The notes under the pieces are model-generated. The model made no database searches. It had not been told where the DNA came from and saw nothing but the letters and a program-made list of their open reading frames with translations. This document shows, in pieces, positions 53,801 through 63,652 of a stretch of 64,000 nt of DNA. A program made the translations under genes and the position numbers. Source of the DNA: Trypanosoma brucei (Eukaryota); assembly GCA_000002445.1 (NCBI GenBank), contig CM000208.1, forward strand, positions 1,920,001 through 1,984,000, read 5' to 3'. Positions within the stretch are counted from its first letter, which is position 1. The number at the start of each line of letters is the position of its first letter.

Positions 53801-54874
53801 TAAGAGGCCCCCCTCAATCTCTTCCCCAGCGACTGCCCACGGACTAAGGCGCATTACGGACTCCACGGTTTGCATAACACGCTCATGACTGTGATAAGCT
53901 GTCTCATCGTTGTTTTCGTCGTGCTCCTCATAGGCTCTGATATAGGGAACATCATCACTGCTCTCCGTTGCTAAAAGTGTGGGCAGCCCTTCACGCTCGC
54001 TGTGATACGCCTCCAATGCTCTGTTTACCAGATCCCTATCAGATATATGCAGAAGCGAGAGCCTAGTTGCGACATGATGTGACACCAAAGACTTTCCACT
54101 GAACTTCGGCCCATCTACGAGAAACAACGGTATTTTGCAGATGTCAAAACGGTTGACCGCGGGCTCATTTGACCACATCTTGTTATACAATGTGTGAAGG
54201 AGCATGAGGAATGTGCTTGGCACCAGACGAAATGGGTGGTGACCGAAAATCATACCGAAGGTAATGCTGGCGCTTCGTTCTATTGACACCGGCACTCCTG
54301 CGATCGACTGAATGAAAGAGTGGAGGGCTGTACATGTGAGGAGGCTTCCAGTAGACCTATTCGTTAGAGAATTTGAATCGAGGAAATCGATGCACTTTTC
54401 GGCGCCCATAAGAACCCTTTGCATAGCTTCTTCGACGGACTCCTCCTTCGCTGCTTTATCCTCAGCAATGAGGAGCTCTTCCAACTCTGCGAGGCGCCGT
54501 TCATCCTTTTCCACCACTGACACCTGCTCCGAGAGTTCTCGTTTCGTAAACGTTGACAGGCACATGTCAGTCATGTGTTTTTGAAGCCTTTCAGCTTCCT
54601 CGCATTCACGCTTTTCCTTTATAACGTGCTCGCTGAGGAGGTCCCACCAACGACCCATATCATCGAGGGAGCGGCGAAAGTTATGTTCTACTAGCGAAAT
54701 ATAGTCGGTGCCACGGTAAAGCACATGCTTCAACTCTTCCTCACTTCGCTTCGCACGTGCTTCGTCTTCTCTAACGATGTAGTCGGCACGCCTCCTTCTT
54801 AGTGCATCGCGCCGCTGCAAGTCTTCCGTGCGTGCACAAACCAGACTCATGACAAAGTCCTCCGCATCCAACAT
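50885..54874 (-). CDS. Large conserved hypothetical protein with a degenerate adenylate-kinase-like domain and a C-terminal EF-hand-like segment (possibly flagellar, SPEF2/CPC1-like)
   Basis: 1329-aa ORF with ATG start. LVDGPKFSGKSLVSHHVATRLSLLHISDRDLV followed by GILFDGAVAGLEELQRL resembles the adenylate kinase P-loop and GxLxDGFPR layout, with non-canonical residues in the P-loop. FESFDPHGCGYIDWREFVLHLMLW is EF-hand-like. The flagellar assignment is speculative. Confidence 0.55.
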   Translation of the reverse strand: MLDAEDFVMSLVCARTEDLQRRDALRRRRADYIVREDEARAKRSEEELKHVLYRGTDYISLVEHNFRRSLDDMGRWWDLLSEHVIKEKRECEEAERLQKHMTDMCLSTFTKRELSEQVSVVEKDERRLAELEELLIAEDKAAKEESVEEAMQRVLMGAEKCIDFLDSNSLTNRSTGSLLTCTALHSFIQSIAGVPVSIERSASITFGMIFGHHPFRLVPSTFLMLLHTLYNKMWSNEPAVNRFDICKIPLFLVDGPKFSGKSLVSHHVATRLSLLHISDRDLVNRALEAYHSEREGLPTLLATESSDDVPYIRAYEEHDENNDETAYHSHERVMQTVESVMRLSPWAVAGEEIEGGLLHGRPVEPSLIVHLMQLQMKDTLEGCSGILFDGAVAGLEELQRLQLIIPPFVHPFKGALNNWPSPPPLPPSSTDDGAPTEENQAQRLLVVQREARLEQPVVRGEGKTRPSKKGVDLSTLPPPVLPEVVYPELAPEEREAIERWEGREEDTNTLFSAMVYIHCGTQEIFNRFAGLRVDKETGEQYHMIFCPPPPERVPHVVNLDRTRTSTALLHRVVLEQRRKWDALRRSLTHENGSGGNLYEVDGEQALDGIVSNVARVISSRQRIFEENMLMYEAAMGAKKQKKWIEDTIVEMRERREAERKRLIKIYTESGVPIPHELEDTSPLPSVYTMPEETPQLFFRGLAIFTSYYNGIYGWTGAAVESLVRILLGYRKVAMEKYERFWNQPDEKQGKLDRFVENYNNIPLQLLGQAVCKNELHLLVDQLRDELFSVAEATGRDVTTRIDLITKKENFLGPWSTTVCNVAIATVKGEIERFMATLNMVLIYFSTVVNEPCVFEELESEAVMTRAGVDGVQELAKGKDKKVQGSKKPQRPEDLAEKTGEDMLVEAIGKLVTTITNYVEKLQGPITASQRVRENAKAAAAAADDGRFSLILTKCMPFVHEELASMQERIGRIRQFFVGLMREAEQYCANCRDTLLAKAKEGRLSSASAINTAIYTLRNAIETERAIPPLHLGQQTFSVLSGGPKQDERAVTPLSPYEVTSVHEVPMIHRTLSATRLMSMIRTFRNVAPDYTLASAEFFYIVQPDDYAGAQTRSVRLKTRREVFESFDPHGCGYIDWREFVLHLMLWCEAVPDMTRRDEPNNYYIRECSIEELLETKTALLGAQEVDEETFSKVPFYFAKDLSDDRLGAYMQALWLTFADDDGKLCPTPLLAMMCADRQPVRGAQKAFAVFPSAQDGLLTPWEIDCVSHMLATNPRNMCLPDVFSKENIDILYHGERALSFDSVCELVMGRSMLNSTKAFLRKTFAIDVD

Positions 54875-55136
54875 ATCAGACGCTCTCCACCACTGCCCAA
54901 GTCGTTTATACTACGAAAAGGAAAAAAAAGACGACACAGAAAGAGAAATACAACATGTATGCGCGTACACATATGCCAGAAACGTGAGAAGTAGGGGAGA
55001 AAAGGAGTCAATCAATCAGCCTCTCGACAACATCACTGCATCAGAGATCAACTACCACGTAATGCCAGTTCGCGCAGCCCTTCGATCACACGCATGCGTG
55101 TGTGCGGCCACAAAGAGCAGATCAACGGAGGTATAG

Positions 55137-55871
55137 CTACAGGTTCGTCGTCCATGGTTGCTTCCCCTTCGGTGGTGGCTTTGTGATGTTTATACGAGTA
55201 ATTGCGTCATTGTAGTCACGATATGATTTGAAGAAATTCAACACGGGATGTCGCAGTTGCCTCCATCGCAGCCGCCCCTGCGACCAGAGTTTCAGGTCAA
55301 CTTTCAAACGACGACACGAAGGAACAAAAAGGTAGGCGAGAACCACGGGGCTAAGATACCTGCAGCTGTCTGATATGAACGCCCACGCCCAATTCTCACC
55401 AGTGAAGATTGCCTCAGCTCTCATAATCCTCTGCTCCACAACATAGTACGCCACACCAGGTGCGCTTGGATCGTCTACAAAGTGGTTTCGTTCCCCATCG
55501 GCAACTTGTAGCGCGCGCTGAATCTCCTGGGCATCTGTTACAGCCGTTTCGTGGAGTCGCTTCTGACGGCTATCATACACGCGCTTCTGCACACCATATA
55601 TCACATGCGAGGCGTAGCGTTCCTCCTTGTAGGGCTTTGGGAGCACGAGAGTCTTCAAGCACCGGTAATAGCCCCACAAATGAAGTGCGGCGACGGGATA
55701 ACATAAAAATGGGCACAACATATAGTATATGAATGCCCGAACGGGCGGCACCACCATAGCAAAGTCGATATGTCCCAGCCGCTCGCTCGTCCGGCTTGTG
55801 GCGAGGAGGGGGCCGCGCCACACATCTGTGAGTAATACCCCCGCCAGTGTAGTTGGCTGCTCGGCTGCCAT
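55137..55871 (-). CDS. Hypothetical protein (possible membrane association)
   Basis: The track's first codon (at 55946) is GTG, and residues 1-25 translate a pyrimidine tract. The ATG at 55871 gives MAAEQPTTLAGVLL.., 244 aa. One or two hydrophobic segments. No domain recognised. Confidence 0.4.
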   Translation of the reverse strand: MAAEQPTTLAGVLLTDVWRGPLLATSRTSERLGHIDFAMVVPPVRAFIYYMLCPFLCYPVAALHLWGYYRCLKTLVLPKPYKEERYASHVIYGVQKRVYDSRQKRLHETAVTDAQEIQRALQVADGERNHFVDDPSAPGVAYYVVEQRIMRAEAIFTGENWAWAFISDSCRYLSPVVLAYLFVPSCRRLKVDLKLWSQGRLRWRQLRHPVLNFFKSYRDYNDAITRINITKPPPKGKQPWTTNL

Positions 55872-56268
55872 GCCTGCCGTGAATATACCCAAAAGCACAA
55901 AAAGGGTCAGAGAAATGAGAAAAGAGAAGAAGAAACGTGGCAACACAAGATAACATTACAAATGGAGCGTAAAGGTGCCGGGGTGATGGTCTCAAACAAG
56001 AAGCTGACAGACGGCCTACCGAACCAGTTGAATAACCCACAATCAGTCTCCACATCCTCCCCTATTCATTTGGTCAGTGACAGCAGTTGCTTTTTTTAAT
56101 CTTTACTACAACATCAGAGGTGGTTGAAACCACCATAAAGAGATGCGCTATCAGTTTAGACCAAGGAGAGCTGAACACAACACTCACATAAAAACAAAAT
56201 CGAGAGGTGTAATGATGAGCAAGAAAGCAACATGTGAAGCGCATTCGGTGAGTGAACACGCCCCACCG

Positions 56269-58365
56269 TCAGTCTGTCCACTGGGCGTTCGTATTTTTTG
56301 CAATAAATGTGTAAATATCCGCCGACTCCTGCATAATTTTACTGGTGGGCTTACCAGCACCGTGACCGGCGGCCACTTCAACACGAGCAAGGAAGGGGCC
56401 TCCCTCCGTTGGGTTTTCGTGCTGAAGTGCCGCAATGTACTTAAGCGAATGCAGTGGCACCACCCTGTCGTCGTGATCACCTGTTACCACCAAAATTGCA
56501 GGGTATTTAACCCCGCTTTTGATGTTATGTAGTGGGCTGTACTTTTGCAACACCTTGAAGTCCTCCTCTTTATCTGGGTCACCAAAATCTGACCTCCAAG
56601 CGTGGCCGATAGTGAACTTATGGAATTTGTACATGTCCAGCACACCCACCTGGCATATAACACAACGGAAGAGTTCAGGTGCTTGATTTGCAACCGCCGC
56701 CACCAGCAGCCCACCATTTGAGCCCCCCATGATGGCTGTTGTTGCCGGGTTGCCGTAGCCATTTCCGTGGAGGAACTTCGCCGCTTCAATGAAGTCCGTG
56801 AAACAGTTTTGTTTACTTGTCAGACGACCAGCGTTATGCCAAGCCTCTCCGTATTCACCGCCCCCTCGAATGTTCGGCACCGCGAGAACCCCGCGGAGGT
56901 GCTGTAGAAACACCACACGGGATGAGCTGAACGACGGTGTGAGGGATATGTTGAAGCCTCCATAGCCGTAGAGAAGCACCGGAGACTCCGACGTCACTAT
57001 CCCCTTCCGGTGAATAATGAACATTGGAATTCGGGTACCGTCAGCTGAGTTATAGAACTTCTGTTCCGTGATAAAGTCATCAGCAGAGAGGCCCTCGATA
57101 TTGTCATCCTTGAAAACGCGAAGTGATCCCTCGGGATCGTTGATGTCCAACACGAACGATCGCCCCGGGAGGAGGAAAGATGTAACCTTGAAGGACACGA
57201 GGTCCACCTTGCGGTCCGCAAAGAGGGAAGATATCGCTCCGATAGGTATGGTTATTTTCTTTAACTCTGGTTTGTCCAAGCAGCAGTAATAAAGAGTACT
57301 CTTGACATCTTCAAGGTAGACGAGAATCAGAGTGTTCTTCACGAGTGCGGCGTGGTCGAGGACGGCCTCCCTCTCCCCCACAACAATCTGCTCCTTCCCA
57401 GTGGCGATGTCAACGGAGATGATCTTCTTTCGCGGCGCGTCGCGCGTTGTCACGAAGTAAAAGGTGGTGCCATCATTCCCCAAGTATTCAAACGAACCGA
57501 CAAATTCGTTAAACAACTTATTGTATGTTAATGTAGAAGGGGAAAGCTTCTCAGCTCCATCGATAGGTAACTTGGTGATCCATATCAAGTTCTTTGGCTC
57601 ACAACCATCGGTAATAGAAACAACAAGGTACGAGTGACAGTTAGATACCTCAGCAGAAACCCCCCAGTGGGGATGCTCTGGTAGAGAGAGTACGACCACA
57701 TCCTCATCCTGCTTCGTACCGAGGCGGTGGAAGCAAACAAAAGGATCCTTCGCCGCGTCTGTTTCAGCGCCTTTATCCACATCCCCCTTAAGAGCTGGGA
57801 AGCGCGTGTAGAAGAATCCAGTGTTGTGTAACCATGAGATACCTGTGAACTTGGCCCACTCAATAACATCCTCAGTGTCCTCAGCCGTGTCTGCCCGCCG
57901 CACGTGAATGTGTTGCCAATCGCTTCCCTTGTCACTGGCACTGTATGCGAACAGGGATTCGTCCTCACTCCATGCCGTGGCCTTCAAGGCCGTTGTGCCA
58001 TCATTGCTCAGGATATTGGGATCAAGGAAGGTTGTGGGGTTGGAGTCTGTTAGACTCGTGGCACGCTTCAAAACACTTTGGTTCTGTAGACCAGTATTGT
58101 GATAAAAGTAATAACGACCGTTCCGAAAACTGGGGTTGGACGTTCGGGGGAAGTCGAACGTTTGGGAAATGCGGTTATACAACTTATTCCCAAGTGCTTC
58201 GGTGGACCTCATGTATTCACCGAAGAGATCGTTTTGGGCTTTCACGAATGATTTCGTTTCGTTGTTTTCAGGATCTTCAAGGTAGTCATACGGTTCTGGT
58301 ACCGTCACATTATGCAACACGTAGCTCGCTGCCGAGCGTCTTGCAGTGGGGTAAGCGAGGCGCAT
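56269..58365 (-). CDS. POP: Prolyl oligopeptidase (S9A serine peptidase; N-terminal beta-propeller plus C-terminal alpha/beta-hydrolase)
   Basis: 698-aa ORF with ATG start. Catalytic Ser in GGSNGGLL, catalytic Asp/His region (..VTGDHDDRVVPLHS..), propeller repeats, and the N-terminal YxYLEDP motif typical of POP. Confidence 0.9.
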   Translation of the reverse strand: MRLAYPTARRSAASYVLHNVTVPEPYDYLEDPENNETKSFVKAQNDLFGEYMRSTEALGNKLYNRISQTFDFPRTSNPSFRNGRYYFYHNTGLQNQSVLKRATSLTDSNPTTFLDPNILSNDGTTALKATAWSEDESLFAYSASDKGSDWQHIHVRRADTAEDTEDVIEWAKFTGISWLHNTGFFYTRFPALKGDVDKGAETDAAKDPFVCFHRLGTKQDEDVVVLSLPEHPHWGVSAEVSNCHSYLVVSITDGCEPKNLIWITKLPIDGAEKLSPSTLTYNKLFNEFVGSFEYLGNDGTTFYFVTTRDAPRKKIISVDIATGKEQIVVGEREAVLDHAALVKNTLILVYLEDVKSTLYYCCLDKPELKKITIPIGAISSLFADRKVDLVSFKVTSFLLPGRSFVLDINDPEGSLRVFKDDNIEGLSADDFITEQKFYNSADGTRIPMFIIHRKGIVTSESPVLLYGYGGFNISLTPSFSSSRVVFLQHLRGVLAVPNIRGGGEYGEAWHNAGRLTSKQNCFTDFIEAAKFLHGNGYGNPATTAIMGGSNGGLLVAAVANQAPELFRCVICQVGVLDMYKFHKFTIGHAWRSDFGDPDKEEDFKVLQKYSPLHNIKSGVKYPAILVVTGDHDDRVVPLHSLKYIAALQHENPTEGGPFLARVEVAAGHGAGKPTSKIMQESADIYTFIAKNTNAQWTD

Positions 58366-59853
58366 TTGTGTTTGGGGGTGTCTTTCTTCGTTTCTTATTC
58401 CTCTCCTTCAGATATGAGGCTTTTTTTTTCTTCTTTTGATCTTCTTCCGTTGCAAAAGCAAATAACTGAGAGGATGAAATGTATGCGAAGGCCCTCAAAA
58501 AGAACTTCTACTTGTCCTTTTCACAGGAGAGTTCAAGAAGATTAAAATAAAAAGGGCACAAACTAAAGAAACACATATTACTTAGTGACTGGTTCCAAAT
58601 GGCAACGTCCGGGTGGCTTATACTGCTCCACCAAATAACGTTGTTTAGATGAAGAGGGCTTCACAAAGCAAATCATCCACATCAAATAGCCCACTACCGC
58701 ATGTCATCCTCTGTTACCATAGCTGGTGGACATGCACACAAATATGCTCTTTCACCAAGACCCCCACCGTCTGCAGTGTACTTTTCATGCCGCGGCTACA
58801 CTCAGATGCTACAACCTACATCCCTTCCGACTTTAAACAGACTCGCATCGAGGAAAGTGTGTTAATGGAACTACTCATCATATAGCCTCGGAAAGGGGGT
58901 GAAAATTCGGCACAACATAGTGTGGAGCTGGTGTCCCTCTTGAGTCTGAGCCGAATCATTTGCCTGCACTTCATATTTTCACGTGACACATAATTACACC
59001 CTTCGTTCACATAGAAGATCAACGACATCTCCACAACCGATGAGAAATGCCCACCTAATGATGCACCTTAGGTGTGGCAAACATTACGCCTACAAGTAGC
59101 AGTTTCGCTACATTCACTCAAACATTATATGGAATGTGTGTGAGTGCTTTCCTCCCCTTTTTTGTAAACAACTTTGAAGATGCAACACGAAAGAAAAAAA
59201 ATAAAGAAAAAGAAAGAGAAGTTATTACCACGAACGAAACCCCCTAGTTTTTCTCAAGTGCCACAAAGCAGTGGGCAATGCCGATGACGAAGATGGCGAT
59301 AGGAATGCTTTACCAATCCCACGTTGGATGAGGGCCGCTGCCGTGCTGAAACCACTGTGATCTGACACGGAAGTTTACATTAACAACGAAGTGGCGTTGT
59401 GTCGTTAAGGTGGTTGTTCCTCACCACCATGGGGTAAGGGTCTTTCATCCTTTCTCCCTTCCTCCCCACTGCGTCTCCCATTCCTTTTTCATGCACAAGT
59501 AAAAGGGAGGATGAGAAACCAACCCCTCAGATCGGAGTTTCTTCCTACTTTTATTTCGGCTTCTACTTCCCTATCACCCTCATTCTTTCTTCCCCGCCAC
59601 GTACACACACCGCGCTGATTCACGAGGCTAAACGTTTCGCTTCACCAGCCGTACAAGATAGGGGGCAATAACTTCTGCCCCTCCTTCGGATAATGGCCGC
59701 CTCCTTCTCGGCGTCTGCAAATCTTCCCAAGCGTATACCACCGCTTCAACCTTTCATTTCACTTACACTGCTCTCGCCTTCTCCTCCAACATGCGTCGGC
59801 AACTGACAGTGTTCCCAATCTTTCTTTCCCTATCATTCCCTCAATATCGACCA

Positions 59854-60621
59854 TCAAACGCCATATTTCGCCTCCTCCATATCATACTGGGAAAGACCGT
59901 CGAGGTACTTGCGCAGGACCTCCGTCTCGATATTATCATCCCAAACCGTTTTCTGTGGCTTAGGAGCGGGAAGATTCGTGTAATCCACCTCATCTGCCCG
60001 ACCCGCCTGCTTCTGTTGGCCCTCAGCCTTGTTCACGTACTGACCCGCAAGTTCTACCGCGAATCCCTTGACAATCGTGCGGTCGACGACCGTTTTCAAA
60101 ACGAGAGTGTAATCAGCGAGCTCCTTCAACCCCTTGTGCAGCTCCTCCGCGACTCGGCGGGCTTCCTCCACGTTCTTTTCACCGCCAGGGGCGACAAAGA
60201 TTTTCGCCACGGCCTTTTTCTGCTTTGCGTTAACAAATGTCTCATAGACCTCCGCCACCTCTTGGATGAGTTCCAGCATACCGTTGTTCTGCATCCACAC
60301 AAGTGTGAAAAAGGTGGGCTCTGAGAGTTGCTTGAACTCGGGTATCTTTTCAACAACTGCCGTGCGCTCCCAGAAGATAGGAAGCTTGGAGGCCGCAGCT
60401 GCTATCTTCTGGAAATCGCTTAAGATGTTGTCAAAGTTTCCCTTCTCTTCTGCCGCCTTGTACAGGAACTTGGCAAAGAGCACACTATCACTGGGAACAA
60501 TGTTTAACGGATACTTCGAGTTCTCAAAGTCACTTGCGTAAAGTTTCTTCAATCCCTCAGGCGGTGTGTAGAAGCGGGCCGCCACAACTGCCCTTGCACT
60601 TGAAGAAAGTCGGCGGAACAT
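59854..60621 (-). CDS. OSCP: Mitochondrial F1Fo ATP synthase OSCP (subunit 5/delta-like) with kinetoplastid C-terminal extension
   Basis: 255-aa ORF with ATG start. N-terminal Arg/Ser-rich presequence MFRRLSSSARAVVAARF. The OSCP_N helical bundle pattern (YASDFEN...LFAKFLYKAAEEKGN) and a C-terminal beta domain (VKGFAVELAGQYVN) are consistent with OSCP. Partly from recall of kinetoplastid OSCP properties. Confidence 0.6.
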   Translation of the reverse strand: MFRRLSSSARAVVAARFYTPPEGLKKLYASDFENSKYPLNIVPSDSVLFAKFLYKAAEEKGNFDNILSDFQKIAAAASKLPIFWERTAVVEKIPEFKQLSEPTFFTLVWMQNNGMLELIQEVAEVYETFVNAKQKKAVAKIFVAPGGEKNVEEARRVAEELHKGLKELADYTLVLKTVVDRTIVKGFAVELAGQYVNKAEGQQKQAGRADEVDYTNLPAPKPQKTVWDDNIETEVLRKYLDGLSQYDMEEAKYGV

Positions 60622-61192
60622 AACTATGAACCTTTACTTCTTCTCACAACCACAGGGAGGATTAAAACAAAAAAAGGCTCGCGATTTACAGTGAAGGTGT
60701 ACGAGTGAGAGGGAAGTAGCGGAGTTTGTGGGGGGGGGGGAGCAGGGGCACCGTAGGCATAAGAAGGAAAGATGTTACCAGCAAGCGAGCAAACGAATGT
60801 CGATGTTCGCATTCCTTTCAGGCGGTTCACCAAAGGTGGATAAAGAAAGGGTTCGAGGAGTAAGTGGAAGTGAGGTCATCACTATCGGTAGCAGTCCCGC
60901 ACACGGCACTTTAATGATTAGCGTTCTGTTCTTTTCTTTTCTTTTTTCCCTTCCCTCACTTAGATTTGTCTTCTTTTTTTTTTGGCGCTTCTCCTCCTCC
61001 ACTCTCTTCAGAGTAATAAAGAGAGCGAACAACAATAAGGGTAGAAGAACAGAAAACATTCAAAACTACCGGGGCGTGAAAAGCAAAGTCCATCCACACA
61101 TCCACACAGTCCAGCAGGGGAAAAGGTACGTACAACGAAGAGGAACGGTGGGAGAGCAGTTGCGGATTTGGCTGTTAACCCTTTTCTTCCCT

Positions 61193-63280
61193 TCATGAAA
61201 ACAAATCATCCAGAGTTGACGCCTGTTGAACGACTGGTTTTGGCGGTACCGCTGGCAGACCGCCGCCGAGCAGGTCTTCGAGGGGATCCCTATGGCTGGT
61301 TGCAGCTGCTCCCGCTGCTGCATTATTTGGTCCCGCCGGCAACTGCGATGCCGCTGGTGGGCCGAAATCGAAGAGAGACGGTTGCGCAGCTTCGGTGCTT
61401 CCCACCTGTGGCTCACTGGACTGCGGCTCCGCTTCTTCATCTTCCTCTTCTTCATCGCTACCGTCCTCAGTGACGAAGCCGTAGGGTGGGAGAAACGACT
61501 GGGCGGGTCTTGCGAATACCGCTGCAGCTGTGTTGATAGACTTTAATAAATCTCCCATTGTCATAGCATCGCTGAATGTGGACTCCACGGCAACTGCAGC
61601 ATGGTGTCCATGGACGATCTCTTTCATCTTGGCCACGCCAATACCTTTGGAAAGCAGCCGCCAGTATGCATAGGCGCGATCGCGTATATCGGGGTCACTG
61701 CTTTGTGTTGTCAGTGCGTCAAGCACAGTGTTGAGGGTCGGCTCCATTCCCTGAGGATCGCGCAAAAACATCTTGATAACGGCACTAAGGATACTCAATT
61801 GAACTGGTGGCTCATGCAGCATGAGTTCCTCAATGTATTTTCGAATGATGTCCATCCCGTTTTCAACAAATTCACAGAACTCACCCAACATCCAAATGAG
61901 TGACACTTTCGCCTCCTCTTCCACTACGCCGTCCGCCCCGCACTCCGAGATTAGAGTGCCCAGCACAAGCAACTTTGGGTACTTGCGGGTGATATTTTTG
62001 CAGCTTGTCACCACCTGTGGCAGCAACTCGGGGCGGTTTTTAACAATACGCAGCAACAGAGCCACACAGCTCTGCGCAACTGAGTCAATCTTAAGTGCGA
62101 GCTCGGCTATTCCCTTCACCACCTCCTCGACAAAGAATGGATCCACCTCGGTGCTGTATTCCTCCAGCTCTTTCAGGATGCCATTTGCTGAGGAATTGCT
62201 GACGAGCTTGAGCAGGAGTCGCAACTTCTCCAGCTTTACGTATGGTGGGTCCGAGAAGCGAACGTAGAAGGAATCCAGGTTGTTAATCAGAAGGTTAGGG
62301 AATATGACAAGCAGGGCGTGAATGTTCTTGCACACAACGTACTGTGCCTCGGGATCGCCTCTCGACAGTGTCACGAGGGCTGAGTTAATCCGCACGCCAA
62401 CCTCATTTACTGTGCTTTGACCACAGTGAGGTAAGTAGTTGATGATGACTTTGATGGCTCCCATGACAACAGACTGGTTTGTGTGATTGGTCTGCAGCAT
62501 AACGCGCGAGACAACATCCTCTGCAAATCTATCGTCGCCCGGCCGGGTGCAAGAAACAAGCTCCAAGATGTTGAGTTGCCCCCACTCTGTGGTTCCAGGT
62601 ATCTGGTCCAGCAAGTGCATAATGTGGTGACGCTCCAACACAATTGGAGTCCCGCCGTTGCTGTTGACCTCCATCACCACGGCGGCCGCATTGGAGACAA
62701 CAACGGCAGCTTTATCAGTCAGCAATTTTAGAAGCTCCGTGCTGAAGCCCTGATCCTCGTATAATTGTCTGCTGTTGTGGAACAGCTTTCCTATACCAAT
62801 GACTGCGTTCTTGCGAACATACGGATCCAAGTCATTGACAGCGCGACGGAGGGGCTCCAGTGTATACTCCGTCACGGAATCCACACGCACGCACATCATC
62901 GTTCGCACGGCGAGCGCCCGCACGACTGGTGAAGGGTTGGTTGTGTCTTGAAGAAATGTGTTGACCGCCATGAGAGCCTTCCCAGGCTGCAGCTTCGCGT
63001 TACTGAGAACGTATAGGTAAACCAACTTCTTAAGCTCAAGATTTGTCGTCTGCCCGAGTTTCACGACATCCATGAAGAGATGGCTCACGTCACGGCCCAT
63101 CGTCATTCCGGCGATAATGCGTTTCACGGCGTTCTTTTGGCGCGACTTATCATTGCTGTTAAGCTCATGTTGCAGCGCCGTTCCCTCTCCGCGCCACGCG
63201 GTGTTGAAAAACTTTGAGCCACCGCCGCTGTGCCGGAAGTTCTGTTTGAGCTTTTCCACCTTGCGAAGAACCGCTTCCAT
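61193..63280 (-). CDS. Adaptor protein complex beta subunit (beta-adaptin, AP-1/AP-2-type trunk with short appendage)
   Basis: 695-aa ORF with ATG start. The N-terminal trunk aligns throughout with beta-adaptins (KNAVKRIIAGMTMGRDVSHLFMDVV.., DPYVRKNAVIGIGKL). Acidic hinge and short C-terminal platform. Confidence 0.85.
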   Translation of the reverse strand: MEAVLRKVEKLKQNFRHSGGGSKFFNTAWRGEGTALQHELNSNDKSRQKNAVKRIIAGMTMGRDVSHLFMDVVKLGQTTNLELKKLVYLYVLSNAKLQPGKALMAVNTFLQDTTNPSPVVRALAVRTMMCVRVDSVTEYTLEPLRRAVNDLDPYVRKNAVIGIGKLFHNSRQLYEDQGFSTELLKLLTDKAAVVVSNAAAVVMEVNSNGGTPIVLERHHIMHLLDQIPGTTEWGQLNILELVSCTRPGDDRFAEDVVSRVMLQTNHTNQSVVMGAIKVIINYLPHCGQSTVNEVGVRINSALVTLSRGDPEAQYVVCKNIHALLVIFPNLLINNLDSFYVRFSDPPYVKLEKLRLLLKLVSNSSANGILKELEEYSTEVDPFFVEEVVKGIAELALKIDSVAQSCVALLLRIVKNRPELLPQVVTSCKNITRKYPKLLVLGTLISECGADGVVEEEAKVSLIWMLGEFCEFVENGMDIIRKYIEELMLHEPPVQLSILSAVIKMFLRDPQGMEPTLNTVLDALTTQSSDPDIRDRAYAYWRLLSKGIGVAKMKEIVHGHHAAVAVESTFSDAMTMGDLLKSINTAAAVFARPAQSFLPPYGFVTEDGSDEEEEDEEAEPQSSEPQVGSTEAAQPSLFDFGPPAASQLPAGPNNAAAGAAATSHRDPLEDLLGGGLPAVPPKPVVQQASTLDDLFS

Positions 63281-63608
63281 TTTCCCGAAGTTTCAACGTG
63301 AGTGAATGCACTGTCACCACCCTCACTTAACGTCACAAACCAACAGCAAAAATATAAAATGTGAAAGGAAAGAAGCACAACTGGTTTCTTAACTTTCCTT
63401 TACTACGTCCCTTACTCCTTTCTTCCTTGTTTCTAAAATACGTTGTTCTCGCTTTTCTTCCTCGATGCTTTCTCTGCCTCTTTTTTTTTTGTATACTTTT
63501 TGTTATTTCAGAGCCCTCAAGTGCCTGGTAGCAGAAAAAGGTGTGGAAAGGGGGAAAAAGAAAATGGAAAAAGAAGAGAGCGAACGAAAGATGAATGGTG
63601 CGAGAAAC

Positions 63609-63652
63609 AGATAACCTCAATAATAATAATAATAATTATTATTATATATATA
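63609..63652. repeat. AT-only low-complexity tract ((AAT)n/(TTA)n/(TA)n composite)
   Basis: Read in sequence (taataataataataattattattatatatatatatataat). Confidence 0.7.
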
